From an uncultured Rickettsiales bacterium (GTDB lineage: Bacteria; Pseudomonadota; Alphaproteobacteria; Rickettsiales; UBA1997), in NCBI GenBank assembly GCA_944391075.1, contig CALXSG010000004.1, positions 10,445 through 74,444 of the forward strand: DNA of 64,000 nt, read 5' to 3'. Under the pieces are notes generated by a model. That model searched no databases and was not told where the DNA came from. It saw nothing but the letters and a program-made list of their open reading frames with translations. Of the stretch, positions 19,913-31,025 are shown piece by piece. Numbering within the stretch: the stretch's first letter is position 1; each line of letters begins with the position of its first letter. The translations under genes and the position numbers were made by a program.

Positions 19913-22900
19913 TTATTTATTTATCTTATCTTTAACACTAGCAACCACTTTACCAGGTACAGATTTGATACCATTCCAAGCTTTACCAGGAGCTTCTTTT
20001 GCAAAATTATAAGCAGTACTTGCACCTCTTTTAATACCATTCCAAGCTTTGCCAGGAGCTTCTTTTACTGTAGTATAAGCCTTAACAGCACCATCCTTTA
20101 TATCATTTGCTTTTTGAATAGCAGCATTTTTAATATTTTCTCCTCTTTGTTGCCATGTTTCTTTCTTGAAATTTTTAGCTACATTACCCCAAGTTCTCTT
20201 AACTCCTGCCGTAAAGCCATCTCTATTCCATTCTTTAAATCCATCTCGAACATATCTACCAAATTTTTTACCTGCATTAACAGCAACTTTTTCCGTACCC
20301 TTTGCAATTTTAGCAACATCTTTAATTCTATTTCTGAATTTTTCACCAGTACCTCCAAAGCTCATATTTCCTTCAGCATCATCTGGTGCAGAAAATATTC
20401 TCTTTGAAAAATTTGGTATTTCATCTAACACTTTTACCATCATATATATAACAACTAATACACCACATAAATAACTAAAAATAGCCAATGGATTTTTATA
20501 TATATGACTAACCGAATAAAAAAGGGCATCCAAACCAAAAAAATTTAATATTTTTTCACCAAAAGCCTTTTCACCTTCTGCTGGGCTATTAGGATTATTT
20601 GCAATAAAACATAAAAAACTTAAACCATTATCATCACAAGTTACAGATGGTAATCTACCAGTATAAGGATCATGGCCATAATATCTACCATCACCAAGTA
20701 CTACATCATCTATTGTTAATAATGCAAAACCTATAAAACCCATTAATAATATCATCTGAAAACAAGCACCCATTAAGTTGGAGAGCCAATTATCAAAAAT
20801 ACCTTTATATTTTGCTATTAACAAAAATGGAAAAATAAAAGGTGAAACAAAAATTAATAATGTAATCATCATAATATTTGTAATATATATATAAAATACC
20901 TTAAAAGATAAGACAAAAACTAAGAATAACATAAATGTTAGTACAAACACTACAAGCATACCAAAAGTTGCACTAAAAAGACAAGATATTAAAAATACAA
21001 TTAATGTTCCACTGCTTACACTTATACCATAATAATTTAATATCTTACAATCTAGTGTATCAAACACCATCAAATATTCTTTACCATCAGGGTATTCGTT
21101 ATCACCAAAATAGCAACCATCATATCTATCACTATATGATGCAACAGGATTACCATTTTCATCATAATCTGTATAGTAACGACAGTTACTGTAATATGTA
21201 TTCTCCATAATTTGTTGATTATCATCATTAGATATTAATAATGACGTTTTATATTCAATATCGACAGGTAATTCTGTTGGTAATACACTTACATCTTCTA
21301 TTATCTTATCTTCTTCTAAACCAACAGGAGTAATTTTAACCTTGTTATATTGAGGTGCCATCATATCTTCACTACAATTTGAATAGCACTTTCTAATAAT
21401 AACAATGTTTCCAAATTCATTTGTTTCATTAATGACATCGCATACCTCTTCACCATTAGAAGCATTAATAACATCCTCCGGCAGTTCTTCTACATTTATT
21501 TTTCGATAACCGTTATATAGAATATCAACATCATTAGAATCTGATGGTTCTGATGTAATATAACATATAGTAGCCTTTCCATTTCCAATATTTACACCGT
21601 TATCACCACCACTATTACTTACTATTTTTGTATTAACGTAGCCAGAGCCTCCTCCGCCTCCACCTGTAAGATACATATTTTGACTGGATGTATAATAAGC
21701 AACCATACTCGATGCTCCACCGCCATAATAACCTCCTCCACCACCACTTCCACCCGCATATCCATCTTGTCCACTTCCACCTTTACCAAACACTCCATTA
21801 TTTAAAGCACAATAATTTAATACACTTGCAGAATTTACCCTTTCAAAATTACACTTATTTCCTAATGCATCACAATTTTGAATACATTTATTATTACTTA
21901 TACAATCTTCATAGCTTAAACACAATGAATTATTAATACAATCATTTATAATATCTTGTGTTTTACATATAAAATTATAAGAGCAGCTACCACCAATACC
22001 ACCAGAAGTTAATGTGCCAGGCGATCCAAAACACTGTCTATTATCTTCACTAAAAATATTGTTACTTTGTCCACCTGAATTATTTCCACCACCCCCATCT
22101 CCACCGGAAAATACACCATTATAAGAAATTCCACCACCACCACCGGCAACCATAATTCTAGATTCCAAACTTCTTTGTGTATTAGTACCACTATCAATTA
22201 ACGTTCTAATATCAGTAGCCCCACCACCTCCATGTCCAACAAGATTTTGATAGCCATAACCACCATTTCCACCACCATTATAACCGCCACAAGAAAAATA
22301 ACTTCCATACATATTTTTAATCTCTTGAGAACAATTTTCATTAGATGCTACACCGCCCACATAAATATATAATTTATTCGGTATTAAAACTTTGGTAAGA
22401 TCTAATTCTCCATATGTATAACCACCTTTTCCCACATTAGCTGTGACTAATTGTCCATTAGCACCTATTACTGGATTGCCATTATTTATAGTATTTGTCA
22501 ATTCTGAACTTGCGCCATATAATTCAACAATTATTTTTAAATAATCACTAGATATATTAAATTCATATTCACCAGGTTCTGAATAAACTGTACAATTCTC
22601 AAGAATTTCTCTAGTTTCAGTATAATAACATTGCTTTACCTTACCTTTAGTAGTAATTTCGTGTTCTTTTCTAACATCACATACAACATTTAAAAAATCA
22701 TTTTTATAATCATCATAATCTAAAAAAGAAAATTCAAACATCTTTGCATTCACAAAACGCAAAGCTTCCATTAGCCAATTATAGAATTTTGTTTGCCAAG
22801 CATTAGTTAATGAAAAATATAACACAATAGCTATTTTAATCAACATCATAATAATAGCTTTAACACTTTTTGTATTAAAAACATCAAGTTCACCAGTAAT

Positions 22901-25051
22901 TAAAAATTTGGCAGAAGCTATTACTATTGCTAAAGTAATAAATAATATTATTATATGTCTAACAGTATTTTGAATCCTAAAAAATATATTATTCTCCTGA
23001 GGTAACTCTTCACCAATTATATAATTATATGCATTTTTATCTCCAGAATATTCAGCATTATATTTTTCATGCCTAATTTCACCAGGTTTAGAAAAAGTAT
23101 CGCGTCCACATAAACCTTCGCTATTAACTGTTTCATCGCTAGATTTACAAGAACTTGTACCAGCTATATTTAAAAACATATTTTTTATAGCCTCTGTGAT
23201 ACACTCAGCCATAGGAGATAAAAAACCTCTAGGCCCACCACCTACAAACCCTGCTATTTCTATATCTTCTAATTTAACTGGATATTGAAAATTTTGCCCA
23301 GAACCCTTAGTAAAATCAAAACATACCTCAGGCAAAAATTTATTATGTGTATCATTTTCATCGGTTATAATTGAATACGTAATAGGCATTTCCTCATATT
23401 CCACACAATGCACATTTTGCTCACAAAAATTTTTTACATTACCATATGATGATGCATGCGTACTTGCAACCGCAGTCGATGTTGTTTCCCATATTTTATC
23501 ATAATCTTGTCCATATCTTGACTGCCATTCATCATAATTATTATTTTCCTTATCTTCACTATCAAAAGGATTCTGACAAGATATATAATCACCATCACAG
23601 TATAAATCTTTAATTTCAGTTCCATATGAAACATTAAAATTATAAGGAAACAAATTAGCCGATCTAACACATAATTTTTTTGATTTTGATGAGCCAACAT
23701 AATAAGAATTTTTATCTAGCACACCTTCATATAATTTATAATAAACTTTTCTATCACCTTTAATATTTAAAGAACAAATATGACTATTATTAGCCATACT
23801 CTGATTTGAGCAAAATGCTATACTATGTTGTCTTGATATTGTGTTATTATTCTCTACTGTAAAATCATAATTTAGACCATTTATTTTTGTATAATAACCG
23901 ACATTTTGAGTTAATTTATTTGGTGCATATAAACAAATACCTCCATTACTTCTTTTTTCACAACATTGTTTAGCTAAACTAAAAAGTAATTCACATTCTT
24001 TAGAATTTCTTGAATATTCAGTTCCATTCATATCAATGCATGGATTGCCTTTATAATCGAATCTATCACAAGCATAATTAGCGGTTTGAGAACCTCTAAA
24101 ATAATATCTTTGCTCATTACTCTTATAGCCTTTTTCTCCTTCAATTCTTGGATCAAAACATCCATAATTTGAACTGTATATCATTTTATTATTAACTACA
24201 ATATCATTATATACAGTGTCAATATGATTACTATTTCTAGGTATTGAAAACTCTTCACCTTCGTATAGCATTTCTCTATAAAAGCGATTTTTTTTATTCC
24301 GTGTAGCAATATTCATTCCAGCGCAATTTGTAGCATCACAAAATTTACTATCTATAAGCATAGAAACCACTGGAAAACACTCTTGTTTAAATTTAGTACA
24401 CTTTGAACCATTATCTAAATTAGCAGTCTTTATACAATCATTTATTATATCTTTTTTTAATGTAACAGTTCCATCATTGGCAACACTAAAATAATTATCA
24501 CAATTATATTTACCAGAAAAAATATTTGATAATTTATATTCATAAGAGTTAGAAAATGCTCCAAATGCTGGATACCAATTAATTTTCGGAGTATTTTTAA
24601 CATTACTAGACAATATTGCATATGTATTCCAATCATAACCGCATATTTTTACAGCATCCCTAATTTCATTTATATCGCCAGTAGAAAATTCATTAGTTAA
24701 AGATCTATTATTAAGAATATAGTTCTGTTCTGTCGTTTTAACAGCACTACCACTAGCTGAACAATATAAAGGAATATTGCCATCATCATCAGTAACAAAA
24801 GCTATATTATTGTTTATAACAGATGACAAATCTACTAAAGCATTGTTTATACCTTGTACTAGTATTGTTGCTTTATTACAAGAATCAATATCCCCATCTA
24901 GAGCTGTATAACCTTTATCCTCTTTTAAAAAATCGGAACATTTAACAATAGACGAAGCAAACGACACTTTTAAGCTATAACTCAACAACGATATAGCTAT
25001 ATATAATATTATTTTTAATATAAAATTTACCTTTTTTCTTATTATCTTCAT
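19913..25051 (-). CDS. virB6: VirB6/TrbL-family type IV secretion protein, 1712 aa, with large Gly-rich insert
   Basis: Large extracytoplasmic N-terminal region, VirB6-like TM blocks on both sides of a Gly-rich region, adjacent to a virB6 paralogue, virB4 and virB3. Confidence 0.85.
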   Translation of the reverse strand: MKIIRKKVNFILKIILYIAISLLSYSLKVSFASSIVKCSDFLKEDKGYTALDGDIDSCNKATILVQGINNALVDLSSVINNNIAFVTDDDGNIPLYCSASGSAVKTTEQNYILNNRSLTNEFSTGDINEIRDAVKICGYDWNTYAILSSNVKNTPKINWYPAFGAFSNSYEYKLSNIFSGKYNCDNYFSVANDGTVTLKKDIINDCIKTANLDNGSKCTKFKQECFPVVSMLIDSKFCDATNCAGMNIATRNKKNRFYREMLYEGEEFSIPRNSNHIDTVYNDIVVNNKMIYSSNYGCFDPRIEGEKGYKSNEQRYYFRGSQTANYACDRFDYKGNPCIDMNGTEYSRNSKECELLFSLAKQCCEKRSNGGICLYAPNKLTQNVGYYTKINGLNYDFTVENNNTISRQHSIAFCSNQSMANNSHICSLNIKGDRKVYYKLYEGVLDKNSYYVGSSKSKKLCVRSANLFPYNFNVSYGTEIKDLYCDGDYISCQNPFDSEDKENNNYDEWQSRYGQDYDKIWETTSTAVASTHASSYGNVKNFCEQNVHCVEYEEMPITYSIITDENDTHNKFLPEVCFDFTKGSGQNFQYPVKLEDIEIAGFVGGGPRGFLSPMAECITEAIKNMFLNIAGTSSCKSSDETVNSEGLCGRDTFSKPGEIRHEKYNAEYSGDKNAYNYIIGEELPQENNIFFRIQNTVRHIIILFITLAIVIASAKFLITGELDVFNTKSVKAIIMMLIKIAIVLYFSLTNAWQTKFYNWLMEALRFVNAKMFEFSFLDYDDYKNDFLNVVCDVRKEHEITTKGKVKQCYYTETREILENCTVYSEPGEYEFNISSDYLKIIVELYGASSELTNTINNGNPVIGANGQLVTANVGKGGYTYGELDLTKVLIPNKLYIYVGGVASNENCSQEIKNMYGSYFSCGGYNGGGNGGYGYQNLVGHGGGGATDIRTLIDSGTNTQRSLESRIMVAGGGGGISYNGVFSGGDGGGGNNSGGQSNNIFSEDNRQCFGSPGTLTSGGIGGSCSYNFICKTQDIINDCINNSLCLSYEDCISNNKCIQNCDALGNKCNFERVNSASVLNYCALNNGVFGKGGSGQDGYAGGSGGGGGYYGGGASSMVAYYTSSQNMYLTGGGGGGSGYVNTKIVSNSGGDNGVNIGNGKATICYITSEPSDSNDVDILYNGYRKINVEELPEDVINASNGEEVCDVINETNEFGNIVIIRKCYSNCSEDMMAPQYNKVKITPVGLEEDKIIEDVSVLPTELPVDIEYKTSLLISNDDNQQIMENTYYSNCRYYTDYDENGNPVASYSDRYDGCYFGDNEYPDGKEYLMVFDTLDCKILNYYGISVSSGTLIVFLISCLFSATFGMLVVFVLTFMLFLVFVLSFKVFYIYITNIMMITLLIFVSPFIFPFLLIAKYKGIFDNWLSNLMGACFQMILLMGFIGFALLTIDDVVLGDGRYYGHDPYTGRLPSVTCDDNGLSFLCFIANNPNSPAEGEKAFGEKILNFFGLDALFYSVSHIYKNPLAIFSYLCGVLVVIYMMVKVLDEIPNFSKRIFSAPDDAEGNMSFGGTGEKFRNRIKDVAKIAKGTEKVAVNAGKKFGRYVRDGFKEWNRDGFTAGVKRTWGNVAKNFKKETWQQRGENIKNAAIQKANDIKDGAVKAYTTVKEAPGKAWNGIKRGASTAYNFAKEAPGKAWNGIKSVPGKVVASVKDKINK
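19969..20066 (-). repeat. Two copies of a 32-nt direct repeat (66-nt period) encoding KEAPGKAWNGI(K)
   Basis: taccattccaagcttt(a/g)ccaggagcttctttt at 19969-20000 and 20035-20066. Confidence 0.85.
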
Positions 25052-25128
25052 TATTTAACCTGTTAAATCTTATTAAATAATATCATAAAAAATCTTATTT
25101 GCAATAAATTAAAATTATATTTTAATAA

Positions 25129-28100
25129 TTATCCTTTATCCTGTTCTTTTTGCGCTGCAACTTTTTCTCTTAACTTTGACGTAGAAGATTTATTGACAAT
25201 CTTTTTTACAGCACCAACAGTAAGACGTTTTACAAATAATACCGTCTGCACTGCTTTTCCAGCAACAACCATTGGATTTACATCAGCACCCAAACCTGGT
25301 ATAGCAGCACTACCTGTTAAAGTTGAGGCTATTCTAGGAACTCTATTTAACATATTATCTAAAACCACTACTAAAATAAGAATAGAAAGTAAAGTAATAA
25401 CATCGTTAATTACTACATCTGTAATACGAAAAATAATACCAAATACCAAATCAGTGCTAATATTTGACATTAAACACAATGGGCTATTACGCTTTATATC
25501 AATAATTTTATCACCTGATTTACAATTTTTTAGATCTGCATTACCTTTAAGTTTATCTAATACATTAATCCATATCTTTTGCATTTCAAGTTCTTTTTGT
25601 TCTTGTGATATTCCCTGTTTTTCTAGATCATTTATTTCTGTATTTAAATAATATGAAACGAAAGCATTTCGTTTACTTGTATAAGCAACAAGATCACCCG
25701 TATCTTGATCATAGCATGCAAAACCACAAACCAATTCTTTATTAGGACCTGAACCAGTGAAAAGTCCACTACCTAACATAAAATTATCAATAATCATAAT
25801 AGATATAGAAACAAATGCTACCATTACAAATGGCTGAATAGCATAACCTAATAAATTTTTAAACCATTTCTGAAAAATTCCATTAAATTTTTTAAATAAT
25901 AATGTTGGAATAATAATTGGAGATAAAAATAATAGTATAGTAATTGCAATCATAGAAGCTACATAAATATATACTATTTTTAATGCAAATATAAATAAAG
26001 TTATTCCTAAAAACATTGAAATAAAACCAATAAATAAACCTAGACCAAATGGCCATATAATAGATAATACATATAATTTAACTATTCCCCAACCAGTACC
26101 ATTGTCAAATGCTGAATAGCCAAAATATTTAGCAATTTTACAATCTAGAGCATCAAAGAAAGATACATATCGTCTATCGCTTGGATAATCATCATAGTTA
26201 TTATCATATTTAGCTATAGCCTCAATAATTTCAGGAGAATCATCTGTAAATCTTAAACTTGTAATATCCCCAAAATAACAACCATCATCTCTAACAAGAT
26301 TACCATGTTCATCAACAAGAGTTTCAAAACCTATCTTTGAAACAGTTGAAAATAATAAATCGTTTAAAGCATAAGTAAATTTAAATATTAAATTATACCA
26401 TGATGTATTTACTGTTAATGCTACAATAAAACTAATTTTTACTATTAACATAACAATATCATATCTACTGCCAAGAGCACCACCTTTTATTAAAACATTA
26501 TAACCATATAAAGATATTGCAAAAGCAATAAACATATATGTAATATTTTTAGTATATCTGATAATATCTTGTAATGGATGTTTGTATGAATCAACACCAT
26601 CTGAAGAAACAATATTAGTATCAAATTCTTGCCCAGCTTTAAATATTTCTCCACTTTCACATTCATTCATATGATTAGGAGTTTCTGATATAACCTTACA
26701 TCTAGTATGACCGGCTTTATTTAATAATAAATTTTTCATAGTTTCAACCACACATTCAACAGCAGGAGCAAATATTGTTTTTGGATACAAATCAACAGCA
26801 CGATTATAAGCAGAATATGAAGCATATCCTGTTGTATTATGAGAATTACCAACTAAATTAAGGCACGCTTTATCTAAATATGGTGAATATGTATTAGCAT
26901 AAATAAATTCAATATTATTATTGCTAACTTGAGTGCAATGTCTATTATATTGAAAGAAATTTTTATTTTTACCTTCACATAATGGATAAACTACACCATT
27001 ATCATTACAATCATCTTTATCATATTGTATTTCGCAATTAGCATAATCTCCGCTATCTTGACACGCCTTCATACTATCTTCATTTGGTATTCTTTCAAAA
27101 ACAGATGTAGCATAATCAGAACCACCTTCTACATTAACATTGTCAGGACATAAATTATATGTTTTAATACAATATCTATTAGTATTTTCTACTTCACTAT
27201 CTACAGTAAAGTTTTTAAATACTTTAAATTTGATATCATCTACTTTACATTCATTATCATAGATTGAACAAAATGTAGCTAAATTATTTTTTTCATTTTT
27301 ATATATACAAACACTTTGTTGCGCCTTTAAACAACACTGATACGCTATATCGAATGCATCACCAGTTTTTGATCTTTTTTCTAAATATCTTTCACATAAA
27401 TAATTACCATAATCATAACCTCTCATATAATATGTTTGATAAGCTTGTTCTTCACCTCTAAAAATATCATAATTCTTAGCTTCAGGTCTTGGATCTATAC
27501 AAGCATAATTAATAATCTCTTCACCATCATACATATTTTCTCTAAACACTCTATCATTCTGTGTAAAATAATTACCACCATCAACAGGTTGACAGGTATT
27601 ATCATTATTACCTTTTTGACATCTTTCTAATGCCACTACACCATCACAATCATTAATATTTCTTACACATTTATTTACTTCAAATTTATATGAGCCATTA
27701 AATGCTCCTCGAGTTGGATAATATTTTTTGATATTAGCAAATGCTGAACAATTACCAGCTTCACAACCTCCTGCTTTATTATAATCATTAATAGCTTGCT
27801 CATTACCATAAGTTAACCAATTTGCACCACATATTTTAAAATTTAAAAGAACACTCTGCGATATACTAAATTTATCCTTAAAATCAAATCCACCAAAACT
27901 CTGATTCCACCAACAATATCCATTATCCATTTCCCATTTTGAATTATCTTTTTCGAATATTATCGGCTCTCCACTTACCCAATTATACCCAATTATTTTA
28001 AAACTCGATGAAAATTTTAGTCCATCTGAACCATCCTCAGTAACTTCATATACTTGTTCAAGTGGTCTACTCAAATTAAGATCAGCAAAAGTATCAGAAA

Positions 28101-28194
28101 TATTACTATATAAAGTTAAACAAATAATAAAAATAATTTTATAAATATTTTTTATCATAACTTCCTCACTCTTTTGTAAAATATTGGCAACCAA
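25129..28194 (-). CDS. virB6: VirB6-family type IV secretion protein, 1021 aa paralogue
   Basis: Shares the NFKICGANWLTY / AVKICGYDWNTY region and TM organisation with the neighbour; C-terminal TM block YVASMIAITILLFLSPIIIP. Confidence 0.85.
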   Translation of the reverse strand: MVANILQKSEEVMIKNIYKIIFIICLTLYSNISDTFADLNLSRPLEQVYEVTEDGSDGLKFSSSFKIIGYNWVSGEPIIFEKDNSKWEMDNGYCWWNQSFGGFDFKDKFSISQSVLLNFKICGANWLTYGNEQAINDYNKAGGCEAGNCSAFANIKKYYPTRGAFNGSYKFEVNKCVRNINDCDGVVALERCQKGNNDNTCQPVDGGNYFTQNDRVFRENMYDGEEIINYACIDPRPEAKNYDIFRGEEQAYQTYYMRGYDYGNYLCERYLEKRSKTGDAFDIAYQCCLKAQQSVCIYKNEKNNLATFCSIYDNECKVDDIKFKVFKNFTVDSEVENTNRYCIKTYNLCPDNVNVEGGSDYATSVFERIPNEDSMKACQDSGDYANCEIQYDKDDCNDNGVVYPLCEGKNKNFFQYNRHCTQVSNNNIEFIYANTYSPYLDKACLNLVGNSHNTTGYASYSAYNRAVDLYPKTIFAPAVECVVETMKNLLLNKAGHTRCKVISETPNHMNECESGEIFKAGQEFDTNIVSSDGVDSYKHPLQDIIRYTKNITYMFIAFAISLYGYNVLIKGGALGSRYDIVMLIVKISFIVALTVNTSWYNLIFKFTYALNDLLFSTVSKIGFETLVDEHGNLVRDDGCYFGDITSLRFTDDSPEIIEAIAKYDNNYDDYPSDRRYVSFFDALDCKIAKYFGYSAFDNGTGWGIVKLYVLSIIWPFGLGLFIGFISMFLGITLFIFALKIVYIYVASMIAITILLFLSPIIIPTLLFKKFNGIFQKWFKNLLGYAIQPFVMVAFVSISIMIIDNFMLGSGLFTGSGPNKELVCGFACYDQDTGDLVAYTSKRNAFVSYYLNTEINDLEKQGISQEQKELEMQKIWINVLDKLKGNADLKNCKSGDKIIDIKRNSPLCLMSNISTDLVFGIIFRITDVVINDVITLLSILILVVVLDNMLNRVPRIASTLTGSAAIPGLGADVNPMVVAGKAVQTVLFVKRLTVGAVKKIVNKSSTSKLREKVAAQKEQDKG

Positions 28195-30548
28195 TCTTCT
28201 GGTTTATCACTTTTTATTTCTTCAATAATTTGATCAAGTAATAAAACAGTTTCAGCTCTTCCAGATAATACATTTATTACATCTGTCATACCTGATAAAT
28301 CAATTTTTGCAACAACACCACTATTATCTTGTTTAATTAAAAAATATCTACTACCGGGATCAATACTCTTTATAAGTTGAAATTCTCTTGCTGATAGCAT
28401 AAATACACTTCTATAAGCTTCTGTAGCTCTTAAATTAGGTAAATAAATTTGAGTAGCCGTTTGTTGAACAAGTGTATCAGAAATAGCACTTTTTGTGGCA
28501 TCTTCAACCGATTGTGTAGCAAAGACAACAAACGCATTTAACTTTCTTAAAACTTTTAACCAATCCTTAATTCTAGGTGCAAAAACAGGATTATCAATTA
28601 ATGCCCAAGCCTCATCAAGAATAATCATTGTAGGTGTTCCATCTAAAGAAGCATTAATTCTTTGAAATAAATAAAGCAAAACAGGGTTAATACTAATTTT
28701 ATCTTTTAATAATTCGCCCATTTCAAAACCAAATATCTTAGATGAAAAGAAATCAATATTATCGGTTTCATTATCAAATAATTTTGCACGTGAACCATCA
28801 GAATGCCACATTTCTAACCTTCCCGCTAATGTATCAGGACCAGAAATACCTAAGAATGGTGCTATATTTCTTAAAATTCTTTTTTTGGGTGGTAATTTAT
28901 AATTACCATTAACAGCTTCTGTAATTCTAGCCATATCACTTGCTGTAACTTTTTCACCATTAACACTTACCATACTTCTAATCCAGTCTATTAGAAAATC
29001 TTTATTTTCATTGGTTTCTGGCAGTAATAATGGATTAAAGCCAGCTGATTTACTAGTTTCTATTGTTGTATATTTACCACCCATAGCTCTAATAAATATT
29101 TCCGCACCTCTATCCTTATCAAAAAAGAACATTCTGCAATTAAATTTTTGTGCCTGTGCACATAAAAAGTTCATTGTAACTGTTTTACCACTACCAGTAG
29201 GTCCAACAATCATTGTGTGTCCAACATCCCTAACATGAAAATTAAAGAAAAATGGTGTACCTGAAACCGTATTTAAAACAGTAACAGCAGGTCCCCAATG
29301 ATTTCTTCTAATTCTACCAGAAGGATAATTATGTAAAGAGGCAAAACTTGCTAGATTTAATGTATTTATTGTAGCTGCTCTTACAACATATTGGAAATTT
29401 CCAGGCAACTGTGCCCAAAATACAGCTTCCATATTCATTCTTTCTCTAACAGCATTTATACCCATATTAGAAAATTCTACAACAATCATTGATAAATCAT
29501 TCTCAATTGATTTTATGGTATCATCTATACACATAACCGTCATATGATGCTTTCCAAAAGCAAACTTACCACTCATAATTTCATCTAATGCTTGATCTAT
29601 TTCTTGAATTTGAGATACAGCAACATCTTCAGATTGAATCATTCTCCTTTGTTGTAATTGTATACTACTAATAGCAATTGTTCTATTAACAAATTTAAAT
29701 GATTGTGAAATAATAAATTCAAATGGCAATTGCAAAAAACCATCCATCATACCAGCATTTGTTGCATTTCTATATTCTTTTAAAGAAACCATACCACCAT
29801 ATTTAGTTTCAAATGGCATTTTTACTTCAAAATTTTTAGCGCCAAAATATATTCTATTGGTTGGCAAATAAGATGCAAAACCATATGGAATAAATCTATA
29901 ATTTTGTACATAACCGCAATTAACTATACTTCCTAAAAAATTACATATTTCTGAGAAAATACCATCACTGGTTTCCACAACATCAAGTAATTCAGCACCA
30001 TAATTTGATAGACCATTCAAAATTCTAGATGTCAATTCTTCTATTTCACTAAAATTTTCTCTCATATTTTTGATTCTAGCATTTTCATCAGCTTTATTTC
30101 GAAGTCTTCTGGCAAAAGTCGCAACTTTTGCTAAACCGGCTTTGTCATCCATTCTTATAATACTAACATACTCTTCATTAGCAAAACTTCTATCACCATC
30201 ATGCTTGCGCTTCCATTCTTCATTTACTTTTTTTGCAAAAATATTTGTCATCTCTCCTTCTGGAAAAGCCTCTTTTCTTCGTCTAATTGTATGAAAATAA
30301 AGCCCTAAATTACCAGAAGCCATACTTTTAAATAAATTATTTCTATGATTCTTCTTTATATCTATTTCTTCGTCATCAGCAGTTTCAAAAGAAAAACCTT
30401 TAATTCTTACAACTCTTAATAAGGCATTATCTTTCATTAAAATGGTATTAGAATTCCAAAAACATTTATATGGTATGTAAATGGAAGATGAAGTTTCCCA
30501 TTTGAAATATTTATTTTTAGGAGGTTGTATAATGCCTAATTTCATCAA
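28155..30548 (-). CDS. virB4: VirB4-family type IV secretion ATPase
   Basis: Walker A IVGPTGSGKTVTMNFL, Walker B PTMIILDEAWALIDN, ATQSVEDATKS. Confidence 0.96.
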   Translation of the reverse strand: MMKLGIIQPPKNKYFKWETSSSIYIPYKCFWNSNTILMKDNALLRVVRIKGFSFETADDEEIDIKKNHRNNLFKSMASGNLGLYFHTIRRRKEAFPEGEMTNIFAKKVNEEWKRKHDGDRSFANEEYVSIIRMDDKAGLAKVATFARRLRNKADENARIKNMRENFSEIEELTSRILNGLSNYGAELLDVVETSDGIFSEICNFLGSIVNCGYVQNYRFIPYGFASYLPTNRIYFGAKNFEVKMPFETKYGGMVSLKEYRNATNAGMMDGFLQLPFEFIISQSFKFVNRTIAISSIQLQQRRMIQSEDVAVSQIQEIDQALDEIMSGKFAFGKHHMTVMCIDDTIKSIENDLSMIVVEFSNMGINAVRERMNMEAVFWAQLPGNFQYVVRAATINTLNLASFASLHNYPSGRIRRNHWGPAVTVLNTVSGTPFFFNFHVRDVGHTMIVGPTGSGKTVTMNFLCAQAQKFNCRMFFFDKDRGAEIFIRAMGGKYTTIETSKSAGFNPLLLPETNENKDFLIDWIRSMVSVNGEKVTASDMARITEAVNGNYKLPPKKRILRNIAPFLGISGPDTLAGRLEMWHSDGSRAKLFDNETDNIDFFSSKIFGFEMGELLKDKISINPVLLYLFQRINASLDGTPTMIILDEAWALIDNPVFAPRIKDWLKVLRKLNAFVVFATQSVEDATKSAISDTLVQQTATQIYLPNLRATEAYRSVFMLSAREFQLIKSIDPGSRYFLIKQDNSGVVAKIDLSGMTDVINVLSGRAETVLLLDQIIEEIKSDKPEDWLPIFYKRVRKL

Positions 30549-30561
30549 TTTGTCCCATTAA

Positions 30562-30861
30562 TTAATAAAGGTCATAAGAATTTGTTCCATTATAAAATGT
30601 CCTGTTTTTACATCTCATAAAATTGCTACTTTTCATAATAACAATCTCTAAAGCTAGTGGTTCTTTTAAACAAATTATATAAGCAATACCGTGTAAAAGT
30701 GGTAACATAACAATTAAATAAATAAATTTATTTGTCATCACAAATAGTAATAATGAACCTAGAATATTTAAAGAAGCAAACACATAGGACACACCAAGAA
30801 TCATACTTGATCTGGTCAAACCTAAGAACAATGAATCAACTTCTATTTTTCCATCAGCCAT
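30562..30861 (-). CDS. virB3: VirB3-family type IV secretion protein
   Basis: MADGKIEVDSLFLGLTRSSMILGVSY, small two-TM protein immediately upstream of virB4. Confidence 0.85.
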   Translation of the reverse strand: MADGKIEVDSLFLGLTRSSMILGVSYVFASLNILGSLLLFVMTNKFIYLIVMLPLLHGIAYIICLKEPLALEIVIMKSSNFMRCKNRTFYNGTNSYDLY

Positions 30862-31025
30862 AAAAAATATAACGTTATATAATATATATATTAACAAGTA
30901 TAAAACTAAAATCAAGAAAAAAACAAAGATATTTTTGTTTTTTAAAAAAATCAAACTATATAAAAGTGTTGCAATATTAAAAAATAAAATTAAAATTATA
31001 GTAATTTGAATGAATAAGGAAAAAA

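Noticed and set aside
19856-22197. Multiple track ORFs antisense to the giant VirB6 (e.g. 19856..20407 +, 21688..21936 +, 22009..22197 -)
   Set aside because: Overlap the coding region of a clearly supported 1712-aa gene; compositions (His/Tyr/Ser-rich or Val/Gly-rich) are frame-shadow artefacts of repetitive Gly-rich coding DNA
23434-23700. Minus-strand ORF MLAHQNQKNYVLDRLICFLI... in another frame of virB6
   Set aside because: Overlaps the large VirB6 ORF on the same strand; no independent evidence
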